A stretch of 64,000 nt of DNA from Candidatus Kaiserbacteria bacterium (GTDB lineage Bacteria > Patescibacteriota > Minisyncoccia > Phycocordibacterales > UBA918). The DNA lies in the NCBI GenBank assembly GCA_019634005.1, contig JAHQWD010000003.1, forward strand, positions 2,525 to 66,524. Reading direction: 5' to 3'. Positions 38,575-49,433 of this stretch are shown here, in pieces. The notes below the pieces were generated by a model. The model searched no databases. It had not been told where the DNA came from and was given only the letters and a program-made list of their open reading frames with translations. A program made the translations under genes and the position numbers. How positions within the stretch are numbered: position 1 is the first letter of the stretch; each line of letters begins with the position of its first letter.

Positions 38575-40014
38575 CTATGTCTCTGGATTAAGGATCGAAT
38601 AGAGTGCTGGGAATATCCTCGAGGTCTTTTTATGAAAGGAGAGATGCTCTGTGGGGAGTGGTGTTACGGATATCTGAGCCTGCCTACATATCTGTTGAAG
38701 AGTCTCTATGGGTATTTGCCGATCATTCTCCCCGGCAAGGATGTGATATTTGTCGGCACGAAAGGAAGAGTGTTGCATAACTGCTTCTAGTGAAAGTATC
38801 TCATCGTTTACGAGTCGACTCCAATCTGCATCAGTGAATCGGTACGCTACTCCAAACGAACGCTGCATAAACGATTTCAGTGTATCAATATCTGGAACCT
38901 GACTCATTGCGTATACAGGAGATAACGCAATGACACGATCAATTGCATTGTTGACACCAGCATAGAGTGCGACGAGTCCTCCAAAGCTGGCACCAAGAAC
39001 CGTGATATGTTCTGTATGAACAGTCTGCCCGTCTACGTTGATACCTCCTTGTATAAGCTCTGCAAGTTCCTGAATATCTTCAGCGGGATTGTGGTCAAGA
39101 AATACTCCTTCTGATTCCCAGGTCCCTTTTAGTCGAGGGAAGAATACAGCGTACCCCCAAGAGGCAAGGAGGTTGAGAAAGGTGTCGAGTACCGGCGTTC
39201 GAGGAAGGCCGTCTATGACAATGATGGCTTTTGAAAATTTCTCTGGAAGTATGTATTCGGTGATCATACCTCCTATAAAAGTGCGTGCGGGACGTTGTAT
39301 TGTACGAGGCGTGAGCATGTATGAAGTCTTGAGTGCAAGTTGGTAGAGAGTCTCATAGAAGTCAATATAGGTCTCAGCAGAGTCTACTGCGTCTTCTTTT
39401 TCAAGCCACGTCCATTGTGTGTCAGAAAATACGTGAGGAAATCGTACGCGGAATTTCTCTTCAGCCTCTTGTGTGTTGCTACATGGACCGAAGAATAGCA
39501 TTAAATCCATTAAGACACGGCGGACATGTTTCTGATGATACTGGGGATTTTTATCTCGCACATGTCGACCAATCCCCATAGCTTCGCGTCTATACTGAAA
39601 AATATAACGCTGAATTCTATTAAGTAAGCTAGTAGTTACCAACTGCTCTGAAGGACGGAACTCGGTGAAGGGATTTTCTCCATGGAGCGTTATCGCGTCT
39701 GCAAGCACATATGAGAAAAATGCACCGTGTGCGTCAAGCGAGAAGAGATCAGCTGAACCAATTTCATCACTGTAGAACAGTTGGAGGTCAAGTTCATGTT
39801 CAGAAAATATCTCTACAACCTCTCTCAATAGCCTAAGGTCTTCTGCTACATTTTGCTTCTCCTTCTTTATTACCAGTATGTCAAGATCCCAAAAGGAGTC
39901 ACTATTTAAAGAACTTCCATATAGAAGGATAGATAGATGTTCTTTCCGAAACATACGTACAATCTCCCCGGCAATGGTCTTTGCAATCATTGGTGTTGTC
40001 GCAACTGTATTCAT
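38575..40014 (-). CDS. Pol-beta-type nucleotidyltransferase fused to alpha/beta serine hydrolase
   Basis: N-terminal LYGSS...DLDILV...LDL and helical domain; C-terminal GASFGG, GEND, TEH triad. Confidence 0.75.
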   Translation of the reverse strand: MNTVATTPMIAKTIAGEIVRMFRKEHLSILLYGSSLNSDSFWDLDILVIKKEKQNVAEDLRLLREVVEIFSEHELDLQLFYSDEIGSADLFSLDAHGAFFSYVLADAITLHGENPFTEFRPSEQLVTTSLLNRIQRYIFQYRREAMGIGRHVRDKNPQYHQKHVRRVLMDLMLFFGPCSNTQEAEEKFRVRFPHVFSDTQWTWLEKEDAVDSAETYIDFYETLYQLALKTSYMLTPRTIQRPARTFIGGMITEYILPEKFSKAIIVIDGLPRTPVLDTFLNLLASWGYAVFFPRLKGTWESEGVFLDHNPAEDIQELAELIQGGINVDGQTVHTEHITVLGASFGGLVALYAGVNNAIDRVIALSPVYAMSQVPDIDTLKSFMQRSFGVAYRFTDADWSRLVNDEILSLEAVMQHSSFRADKYHILAGENDRQIPIETLQQICRQAQISVTPLPTEHLSFHKKTSRIFPALYSILNPET

Positions 40015-40089
40015 GAGTCTCAGTATAACAAATAGTAACTTTCTTAGGGTTAAGTGTAGCACCCATTCTGGGTTAGAGATCCATAAAAC

Positions 40090-40118
40090 TTGAAACGTTT
40101 TGAAGGTGGTTTTATAAT
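40090..40118 (+). promoter_or_regulatory. groESL sigma70-type promoter
   Basis: TTGAAA-N17-TATAAT, followed by AAGGAGG. Confidence 0.65.
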
Positions 40119-40153
40119 ACCCCCATTTACAAGGAGGTAATTACATATTCCAT

Positions 40154-42108
<1,955 letters not shown>

Positions 42109-42140
42109 AAGAAAAAACCTCCGAAAGGAGGTTTTTTCTT
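42109..42140. terminator. Bidirectional terminator after groEL
   Basis: AAGAAAAAACCTCC-GAAA-GGAGGTTTTTTCTT. Confidence 0.85.
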
Positions 42141-42357
42141 ATTTCACAAAGTAATCGATTGGTTTCTTGTAGAGCTTCGCGAGATCAGACATTTCAATGA
42201 GATCTACATTTCGTTCCCCGCGCTCAATCTTTGAAACGTATGACTGTGGTTTCTTGAGCTTATCTCCTACAGTCTCTTGGGTGAGTCCAGCATCCAGCCG
42301 TGCTGCACGCAGCCTTTTAATGAGTTTTTGATATCGAGGTTTATATTTCTTCGACAT
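42139..42357 (-). CDS. XRE-family HTH regulator
   Basis: RLRAARLDAGLTQ...QSYVSKIERGER. Confidence 0.88.
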   Translation of the reverse strand: MSKKYKPRYQKLIKRLRAARLDAGLTQETVGDKLKKPQSYVSKIERGERNVDLIEMSDLAKLYKKPIDYFVK

Positions 42358-42378
42358 ACCGTATATGCATATACGGTA
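42357..42378. promoter_or_regulatory. Perfect 22-bp palindrome, probable operator
   Basis: TACCGTATATGCATATACGGTA overlapping the first base of the XRE start codon. Confidence 0.6.
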
Positions 42379-42449
42379 GCGCTAGAATATTGATATACCA
42401 TTTCAGAATGAGGGGAGAAAATGGACCCTTGTGATACACTGAGCGGACT

Positions 42450-43070
42450 ATGGATTCTGAGCAGAAGAAACTTGTAGTCATTGTCCCTGGATCAAGGACA
42501 AAGGAAGTGAGGATCCCTCTTATAAGGATGCTTATGCAGAGTTTTTACAGCCATTTCGGTGTGGATGAGACGGGAGATGAGTGGGTACAAGCACTGCATG
42601 AGCATCTTGAAGATGAGACAACCGATGTTGTGATATTCACTTGGTCTGGAGGCATTTCCCCGATCGCAACAGGTCGTGCTGCAAAGAGACTACGCACGTT
42701 TCTTGAAGAACAGAAAGACAGAGAGATTATCCTTTTTACAAAGAGTCTTGGTGGCGTTGTTGCAGAGAAAGCCCTTAAGGATGGTGGCATTCATGTTCTG
42801 AAACTGATACAAGTTGCGACACCACACTTCCGCTTTCGAAGAAAGTTAGAAAATACAGAGGTTATAAACATATATTCTCCAGAGGACACCTATCACACAC
42901 TCGCACACAAGGTGCTTTTTCTTGGTATGGGAACTTTTGATGTGCCCCATGCCCAGAATATTGCGCTCTCGGGAATAATGCATAGCGGCTTCAACTATGA
43001 TAACGAGATTGTGTACAAGGGTAAGACACAGTCTCTTTTTGATCTCTATAAAGAGATAGTAGACAACTGA
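42450..43070 (+). CDS. Alpha/beta hydrolase-like protein
   Basis: VVIVPGS, TKSLGG nucleophile elbow, ATPH, YSPED, MHS. Confidence 0.7.
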   Translation: MDSEQKKLVVIVPGSRTKEVRIPLIRMLMQSFYSHFGVDETGDEWVQALHEHLEDETTDVVIFTWSGGISPIATGRAAKRLRTFLEEQKDREIILFTKSLGGVVAEKALKDGGIHVLKLIQVATPHFRFRRKLENTEVINIYSPEDTYHTLAHKVLFLGMGTFDVPHAQNIALSGIMHSGFNYDNEIVYKGKTQSLFDLYKEIVDN

Positions 43071-43123
43071 CAGAATATAGAGTCTGCGGTATACTGTCTT
43101 CACTTACAACTAAGCGACATTCT

Positions 43124-43684
43124 ATGAATCTTACATACATTATTTATGCAGTTATCGCGATCATTATCCTCTGGGTAATCTTCGCGTACAACAACTTCGT
43201 ACGTCTTGTACAGCGTACAAAAGAGGCGTGGGCAGACATCGACGTGCAGATGAAGCGTCGTTATGATCTCATTCCTAATCTTGTGGAGACCGTGAAAGGG
43301 TATGCGGATCATGAGAAGGAGACACTTGCGAAAGTGACTGAAATGCGTACACGCGCAATGAACGCAGGCACACCACAGGAGCAGGTGGAGGCAGATAATA
43401 TGCTTACGGGGGCACTGAAGTCTCTTTTTGCGGTATCAGAAAACTATCCAGACCTCAAGGCAAACGAGAACTTCCTCGAACTGCAACGAGAACTTACTGA
43501 CACAGAGAATAAGATTCAGGCGGCACGTCGCTTCTACAACACGAATGTGCGAGACCTCACTATCGGTCTCCAGTCTTTCCCAGGGAATATTATTGGAAAG
43601 ACATTTGGTTTCTCTGCAGAAGAGTACTTTGAGCTTGATGAGTCAGAGTCTGCTGCACGTGAGCCAGTGAAGGTGGAACTCTAA
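43124..43684 (+). CDS. lemA: LemA family protein
   Basis: AWADIDVQMKRRYDLIPNLV, ENYPDLKAN, RRFYN. Confidence 0.95.
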   Translation: MNLTYIIYAVIAIIILWVIFAYNNFVRLVQRTKEAWADIDVQMKRRYDLIPNLVETVKGYADHEKETLAKVTEMRTRAMNAGTPQEQVEADNMLTGALKSLFAVSENYPDLKANENFLELQRELTDTENKIQAARRFYNTNVRDLTIGLQSFPGNIIGKTFGFSAEEYFELDESESAAREPVKVEL

Positions 43685-44580
43685 TGGCAACACTCTATAC
43701 ACAACAGGGTAAAAACATACGAAAGACATGGTTTCTCATGACCATGTTCTTGGTTATTGTAATTGCTATCGGCTATGGAGTTTCATGGTATCTCGGTGAC
43801 CCAATCATCATGTATGTTGCGATTGTCTTTGCGCTCGTGATGAATGTCGGAAGTTATTGGTTCTCAGATAAGGTGGTGGTCGCTATGACAGGTGCAAAAC
43901 CAATAGAGCGCGGGGAGCATCGAGAACTCTGGAATCTCGTGGAGAATCTCTCCATCACCGCAGGGCTCCCTATGCCGAAAGTGTATATCGTGGAAGATTC
44001 TGCACCCAATGCATTTGCCACGGGACGAGACCCAGAGCATGCGGTGGTTGCGGTCACAACAGGACTCCTTGGTATTTTAGACCGTACAGAACTTGAGGGT
44101 GTTCTTGCACACGAACTCTCACATGTGGGGAACAGAGACATGCTCGTCTCCACCGTTGCGGTGGTGCTTGCGGGGTTCGTTGCCATCGTCGCGGACATGC
44201 TGATGCGAAGTATGATGTTTGGCGGGGGAGACAGTAGAGATAAGTCGCCAATCTTCCTTGTACTTGGTATTGTCGGCATCATTCTTGCTCCAATTGCTGC
44301 ACAGTTAATACAACTCTCTATTTCTCGAAAGCGGGAATATCTCGCTGACGCATCGGGGGCGCTTCTGACCCGATATCCTGAAGGACTTGCCTCTGCGCTT
44401 GAGAAAATCTCTACGTATAGTCGGCCGATGAAACGGGCGAATAACGCAACGGCACATCTCTTTATTGCAGATCCATTCGGGAATGATAAGAAGAGTATTG
44501 GACAGAAGGTATCGAATCTTTTTCAAACACACCCACCTGCAGGAGATCGTATTAAAATCTTACGAGGGATGGATATATGA
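43684..44580 (+). CDS. htpX: HtpX M48 membrane protease
   Basis: PNAFATG, AHELSH, REYLAD, THPP. Confidence 0.93.
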   Translation: MATLYTQQGKNIRKTWFLMTMFLVIVIAIGYGVSWYLGDPIIMYVAIVFALVMNVGSYWFSDKVVVAMTGAKPIERGEHRELWNLVENLSITAGLPMPKVYIVEDSAPNAFATGRDPEHAVVAVTTGLLGILDRTELEGVLAHELSHVGNRDMLVSTVAVVLAGFVAIVADMLMRSMMFGGGDSRDKSPIFLVLGIVGIILAPIAAQLIQLSISRKREYLADASGALLTRYPEGLASALEKISTYSRPMKRANNATAHLFIADPFGNDKKSIGQKVSNLFQTHPPAGDRIKILRGMDI

Positions 44581-45020
44581 AACAAATTTCATTCTCATGG
44601 GAGGAAGGACATCTCTTAGATTTCTGGACAGTCGTTCACTTTCTCTCTGGTGCAGTCATCGGTTTCTTCGGAGAGATTTCGCTTTTGTCTTTCAAACAGG
44701 TGTTGATCATAGGCTCCATACTCCTTGTGTTGTGGGAGGTTTTTGAGCACGTGCGTGGTATCCGCGAGACGATCATGAATCGGATTATAGATGTCATTAT
44801 TGCAGTCATTGGTATGCTCCTCTTCTTTATGATCTCTTTTGTATACCGTGATCTAACCGTGACGCTTGGAGTGGGACTTACGGTACTTACTATATTTCTC
44901 TCATATCGAGGATGGAGGGCATATCTCATCCGTGTTGGAAAACAACCACCACATGATGTGAAAGAAGCGTATCGTACTGCAAAAGAGGATATTAGAGTGA
45001 AGAAGAAGGACATGGTATAA
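44577..45020 (+). CDS. Hypothetical membrane protein
   Basis: D.W...HF..G, WEVFE, E...N..D motifs in TM helices. Confidence 0.7.
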   Translation: MKQISFSWEEGHLLDFWTVVHFLSGAVIGFFGEISLLSFKQVLIIGSILLVLWEVFEHVRGIRETIMNRIIDVIIAVIGMLLFFMISFVYRDLTVTLGVGLTVLTIFLSYRGWRAYLIRVGKQPPHDVKEAYRTAKEDIRVKKKDMV

Positions 45021-45031
45021 CAGTGTCTACT

Positions 45032-45116
45032 GGAGAAGTGGCTGAGTGGTTTAAGGCGCACGCTTGGAAAGTGTGTTGGGTGAAAGCTCACGCAGGTTCG
45101 AATCCTGTCTTCTCCG
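45032..45116 (+). tRNA. tRNA-Ser (GGA)
   Basis: GGAGAAG/CTTCTCC acceptor, CACGC-TTGGAAA-GTGTG, long variable arm. Confidence 0.95.
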
Positions 45117-45118
45117 CT

Positions 45119-45271
45119 ATGAATAAAAAAGAGGAACGTACAGCAAAATATGTTGGCTTAGGAGTGGCATTTGGAGCCGCTTTTGGTGCTGCCCTCGGGG
45201 ATCTTGGGATGGGGATTGCTATAGGCGTTGCACTTGGCGCAGCGATTGGAACGCAAAAAAGTCTTAAATAG
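45119..45271 (+). CDS. 50-aa glycine-zipper membrane peptide
   Basis: GLGVAFGAAFGAALG..GMGIAIGVALGAAIG repeated GxxxG. Confidence 0.6.
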   Translation: MNKKEERTAKYVGLGVAFGAAFGAALGDLGMGIAIGVALGAAIGTQKSLK

Positions 45272-45350
45272 AGCCATTAAATAATATTGACGACCATAGG
45301 GATACATAGTATTATATTATCTATACAGACATATCAGAGGAGGAAGTATA

Positions 45351-45569
45351 GTGGTTCAGGAAATACCAAAAAAGGGGGACGAGTACTACTTCAGTGTCGA
45401 GGGAAAAATTCTGCTTGCGCACATAAGCGAGGTTGATGTAAAGAAAGACTCTCTCGGGACGGTTATTCTCTGTCGCATCAAACTCCAAGGAATCCAGGGA
45501 GACTGGATTACGTGGGTAGACTCGACCCCAGAAAACCAGGAGAGATTGAAGGAGTGGTACGAAGGGTAG
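45351..45569 (+). CDS. Hypothetical 72-aa protein
   Basis: GAGGAGG SD before GTG, upstream TTGACG, downstream hairpin terminator. Confidence 0.55.
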   Translation: MVQEIPKKGDEYYFSVEGKILLAHISEVDVKKDSLGTVILCRIKLQGIQGDWITWVDSTPENQERLKEWYEG

Positions 45570-45764
45570 TCAACAATGTTCTTTCTTTGAAAGCCGAGCA
45601 TCCGCTCGGCTTTTTCCGTACCCGAGACTCTGGACACCTTCATAAAAAATTGTCGCGATACGTTGTACACAGATAACTTTTTAAAGTGCGTGCTAGAATG
45701 GGGTAACTCCGAGGGAAGTCTCCCTCAACAATGCTCTACCCTTATTCATAAAGAGAAGAAGATT

Positions 45765-46799
45765 ATGCCAATTGCGAAAGGAGCACCAGTTGTTGATGTA
45801 AATCAGCGCCGTATTATCAACGGGGGAGATGCCGATGTAATGCAGCTTTATCCAATGCGTCATACATTCGCATGGGATGCGTATGAAGCAGGAAATGCGA
45901 ACCACTGGCTTCCGACCGAAATTTCTATGCAGCTCGATATTGAGCAGTGGAAGAGTGACTCAGTACTCTCTGATGATGAGCGTAAAGCGTTTGAAACCGT
46001 ACTTGGTTTCTTCACCACTGCGGACTCTATTGCAGCAAACAACGTGGTGCTTGCTATCTATAAGCACATTACGTCACCAGAATGTCGTATGTACCTACTC
46101 CGTCAGGGATATGAGGAGGCGATTCACACACACGCGTACCAGTACATCGTAGAGTCTCTTGGTATGGATGAGAGCAAGATCTTCAATATGTACCGTGAAG
46201 TGGAGGCAATTTATGAGAAAGACAACATGGTACTCTCACTCAATGAGGGAATCTTTGATCCACACTTTAAAACAGGGACACTGGAGAACGACCAGAAGTT
46301 CCTTGAGAACCTCATTGTGTTCTCACTCATCATGGAGGGCATCTTCTTCTACTCTTCATTTGCGGTGATGTTTGGATTTCAGCGTCAGCATAAGATGACT
46401 GGTTCTGCAGAACAGATTCAGTACATCATGCGTGACGAGTCTCAGCATCTTAACTTCGGTATCAACCTCATTAACACTATTAAAGAGGAGCAGCCAGAGG
46501 TGTGGACTCCAGGATTCCAAGAACACGTCATTGACCTCGTGAAGCGTGCGGTGGTTCTTGAGTACACTTTTGCAACAGAAGTGTTTCCGCGTGGAATCTT
46601 TGGTATGAACGCAGACGGATTCAAGCAATATATTGAACACATTGCAGACCGCCGCCTTGAGCGCATTGGGCTTCCAAAGCAGTACAATGTGGAGAATCCA
46701 TTCCCATGGATGTCTGAGGCGGTAGACCTCAACAAAGAAAAAAACTTCTTTGAGACACGGGTCACCGAGTACAAGACGGGAGGACAGCTCTCCTGGTAA
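45765..46799 (+). CDS. nrdB: Ribonucleotide reductase class I beta subunit
   Basis: W.PTEI, FFTTADS, EEAIHTHAY (radical Tyr present), EGIFFY, RDESQH, NFFETRV.EY. Confidence 0.93.
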   Translation: MPIAKGAPVVDVNQRRIINGGDADVMQLYPMRHTFAWDAYEAGNANHWLPTEISMQLDIEQWKSDSVLSDDERKAFETVLGFFTTADSIAANNVVLAIYKHITSPECRMYLLRQGYEEAIHTHAYQYIVESLGMDESKIFNMYREVEAIYEKDNMVLSLNEGIFDPHFKTGTLENDQKFLENLIVFSLIMEGIFFYSSFAVMFGFQRQHKMTGSAEQIQYIMRDESQHLNFGINLINTIKEEQPEVWTPGFQEHVIDLVKRAVVLEYTFATEVFPRGIFGMNADGFKQYIEHIADRRLERIGLPKQYNVENPFPWMSEAVDLNKEKNFFETRVTEYKTGGQLSW

Positions 46800-46841
46800 C
46801 AACAAAGCGGCGCATGCGCCGCTTTTTGGTATACTTTCTGT

Positions 46842-47231
46842 ATGAAAGGATATGTCGACAACATTGAGCGCCTGACGCTCCAAAATGAAACATTTCGCAC
46901 TGTGCTCTATACGACACCGAGGAGTCAGCTGGTGATTATGACACTGCAACCAGGCGAGGATATTGGTCTTGAGACCCACGAGGAACACGATCAATTTATT
47001 CGTGTGGAGGCAGGAACAGGGGAGGCTGTTTTAAACGGAGTTTCGCATCCTGTCGCCGATGGGTTTGCAATTGTGATCCCTGCAGGGACAGAGCATAATG
47101 TAAAAAATACCGGGAGTGATGTACTTCGGCTCTATACACTCTATACACCACCAGAGCATCGACATGGTGTAGTTCACGAGACAAAGGAGGGTGTCGAAGA
47201 GGAACACTTTGACGGGGTAACAAGTAAATAG
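46842..47231 (+). CDS. Cupin domain protein
   Basis: IGLETHEEHDQF...IPAGTEHNV...YTPPEH. Confidence 0.88.
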   Translation: MKGYVDNIERLTLQNETFRTVLYTTPRSQLVIMTLQPGEDIGLETHEEHDQFIRVEAGTGEAVLNGVSHPVADGFAIVIPAGTEHNVKNTGSDVLRLYTLYTPPEHRHGVVHETKEGVEEEHFDGVTSK

Positions 47232-47232
47232 T

Positions 47233-47655
47233 ATGGAACTTTGGATCATCTACGCACTACTCTCCGCAGGATTCGCTGGTGCAGTGGCTGTCTTGGGAAA
47301 GATTGGTATTCAAAACATTGATTCCACCTTGGCTACTACTGTACGTGCGGTAGTGATGGCCGCATTCCTTGTGTTAGTTTCACTTTCTATTGGTAAAGCA
47401 AAATTACTCTCTACCATAGACTCCAAGGCACTGACCTTCATTGTGCTCTCTGGTATCGCAGGAGCACTTTCGTGGCTTTTCTACTTTGTGGCATTAAAGA
47501 CAGGTCCCGCATCAGCTGTTGCCGCACTTGATCGACTCTCAGTGGTGTTTGTCGTCGTACTTGCCGTACTTTTCTTAGGAGAGTCACTGACACTAAAGTC
47601 TGGGCTCGGGGTTGTGTTCCTTACTATTGGCGCTATTCTCATGACGATTAAATAA
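47233..47655 (+). CDS. EamA-family (single repeat) transporter
   Basis: KIG..IDSTLATTVR, SWLFYF.AL, DRLSVV, LGE. Confidence 0.85.
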   Translation: MELWIIYALLSAGFAGAVAVLGKIGIQNIDSTLATTVRAVVMAAFLVLVSLSIGKAKLLSTIDSKALTFIVLSGIAGALSWLFYFVALKTGPASAVAALDRLSVVFVVVLAVLFLGESLTLKSGLGVVFLTIGAILMTIK

Positions 47656-47656
47656 T

Positions 47657-48139
47657 ATGAAAGCCTTTTATTTCACACTCGTCACTACATTCCTCGTCGG
47701 ATTTATTGCTGGCTCGTATATCTATTTTGTAACAGAGGACGCACTCCCTGACTTTTTTGCAGGAACTGATGTCCCAGATTTTGAGATCATTGGCGATGCA
47801 TATGGGGGGTGTCAGATGCTGGGGGCGTGTCCTTCATTTGTTTTGCGTGACGATGGTACCTATATACATCAGATTCCACAGCGAGGGGGAACACCGATCA
47901 ATACAGAGTCCCGTCTTTCTTCCGTTGATCGAAGTGAAGTCCGAGAACTGCTTCGCGCGACAAATCTTGCACGGATAGAGCAGTCGACGTTCTCAGGCAC
48001 CTGTCCTATTGCCTTTGACGGTCTTGCGTATCGGTACAGAATCTATATTGGAGAGACGCGATATGATCTCGATTCTTGCCGACAAGATTTGGAAGGAGAA
48101 CTTTTTGAGTATCTCCCACACTATTTTGAGCGGCCATAG
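47657..48139 (+). CDS. Membrane-anchored hypothetical protein
   Basis: N-terminal TM, four Cys (GGC..GACP, CP..DG, SC). Confidence 0.7.
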   Translation: MKAFYFTLVTTFLVGFIAGSYIYFVTEDALPDFFAGTDVPDFEIIGDAYGGCQMLGACPSFVLRDDGTYIHQIPQRGGTPINTESRLSSVDRSEVRELLRATNLARIEQSTFSGTCPIAFDGLAYRYRIYIGETRYDLDSCRQDLEGELFEYLPHYFERP

Positions 48140-48151
48140 TATACTGTACCC

Positions 48152-48634
48152 ATGATTCGTCTTAAAACACTCCTTATTTTTGTCGCTGTTATCGTAGGTG
48201 TCTGGTTTACCTATGAACAGACAGTAGGGAAACCGCTCGGTACTTTTTTTAGTGTTCCAACTCATACGATGCGTGTCGGGAATGTACCAATGCGTGTGGA
48301 GATTGCACAGACTGAAGCAGAGCGTATACAAGGACTCTCTGACAGGGAATCTCTTGGAGAGGTCAGTGGACTGTTCTTTGTCTTCCCTCAAGCGGATTAC
48401 CACGGGGTCTGGATGAAAGATATGGAGTTTGCTATAGATGTTATCTGGATTAGTGAGGATCTAAAGGTGGTGGATATCTCACGTAATTTGCTACCACAGA
48501 GTTATCCAAAAATATTTAGACCATCTTCTCCTGCAAAATATGCGGTAGAGACAGAAGTACTCTTTACAGAGACGTTTGGTATAAAAATAGGCGACACGGT
48601 AGTGTTGCCAAGAGTGGTGGGAGAGGAGATATAA
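48152..48634 (+). CDS. DUF192 family protein
   Basis: VEIA.T..ER.QGLS.R, WMKDM.F.IDVIW. Confidence 0.85.
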   Translation: MIRLKTLLIFVAVIVGVWFTYEQTVGKPLGTFFSVPTHTMRVGNVPMRVEIAQTEAERIQGLSDRESLGEVSGLFFVFPQADYHGVWMKDMEFAIDVIWISEDLKVVDISRNLLPQSYPKIFRPSSPAKYAVETEVLFTETFGIKIGDTVVLPRVVGEEI

Positions 48635-48754
48635 AAAAAGACGAGTGAAGCAGTGCTTTCTCGCTTTTCAAAAAAATGTACAAACAAAAATTGGAGGATG
48701 TCCCTCCCCAAGCATCCTTGAGGGATGTGGGGAGGGTACACCGGAGACGGCTGG

Positions 48755-48901
48755 TCAGTCAGCGCCGATTGCGTCCTGGTTGGCAATTGCAATATGGGCG
48801 GAGCCGACACCCCCGGAGTCGGTCAGCTGGATCGCGGCGGTTTTCGTGTCGAGGGCAATAGCGGTCAGAGCAACTTTGCTCGGCGGTGCGTGTGTACGCA
48901 T
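48755..48901 (-). CDS. Putative 48-aa peptide
   Basis: TTGACA-N16-TAGAAT promoter (49006-48979), GGAG SD, ATG at 48901, hairpin after stop. Confidence 0.45.
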   Translation of the reverse strand: MRTHAPPSKVALTAIALDTKTAAIQLTDSGGVGSAHIAIANQDAIGAD

Positions 48902-49030
48902 GGTATTTCTCCATTGTTGACAGATCATCCGGGACACTTTGTCCCAGAACCCCACTACAGTATCGGTGAGGCTCTGCTATTCTATAATACTCCAAGATAT
49001 TGTCAACCTCCTAAAACTGTGTATAATTAT

Positions 49031-49358
49031 GGAGTCAGATAGTCGCTAAATACCTTGGTATTTAGAGGAAAGTCCGGACACGCCCCAGTATATGGGAGCA
49101 GGGTAGCGGGTAACACCCGTCTAAGGTAACTTACGAGGTGCGAGCAGAGACGCCCATATTCGAAAGATGCGGGATTCCCTCTGGGAATAGCTCTCATGGC
49201 AATATGAGAGGTGAAACGGCTAAATCCTTACCTGCGTGCAAGACCGTATTCTCGCGTTATGTGCACAGCTGTGTACGCGAGTCTGAGTCGCATGAGGAGT
49301 GCGGTAACGTACTTCCTAGGTAGATGACTATCCACGACAGAATCCGGCTTATCGACAC
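49031..49358 (+). ncRNA. rnpB: RNase P RNA
   Basis: GAGGAAAGTCCGG near the 5' end and ACAGAATCCGGCTTA near the 3' end; TATAAT upstream; terminator 49361-49386. Confidence 0.93.
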
Positions 49359-49433
49359 ACAACAGAGCGCCTTCGGGCGCTCTGTTGTGTTACTATTATG
49401 GATATTAGAAAGGTTAGTTTGTACTGATTATAT

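Noticed and set aside
40040-40130. CIRCE or sigma32 control of groESL (TAGCAC..., TTGAAG...CCCCATTT)
   Set aside because: No TTAGCACTC-N9-GAGTGCTAA repeat. The sigma32-like match overlaps a good sigma70 promoter, and RpoH is not expected in this lineage.
45023-45118. N-terminal half of the 82-aa ORF
   Set aside because: It is the tRNA-Ser sequence read as codons.
49138-49323. 61-aa ORF
   Set aside because: Lies inside the RNase P RNA.
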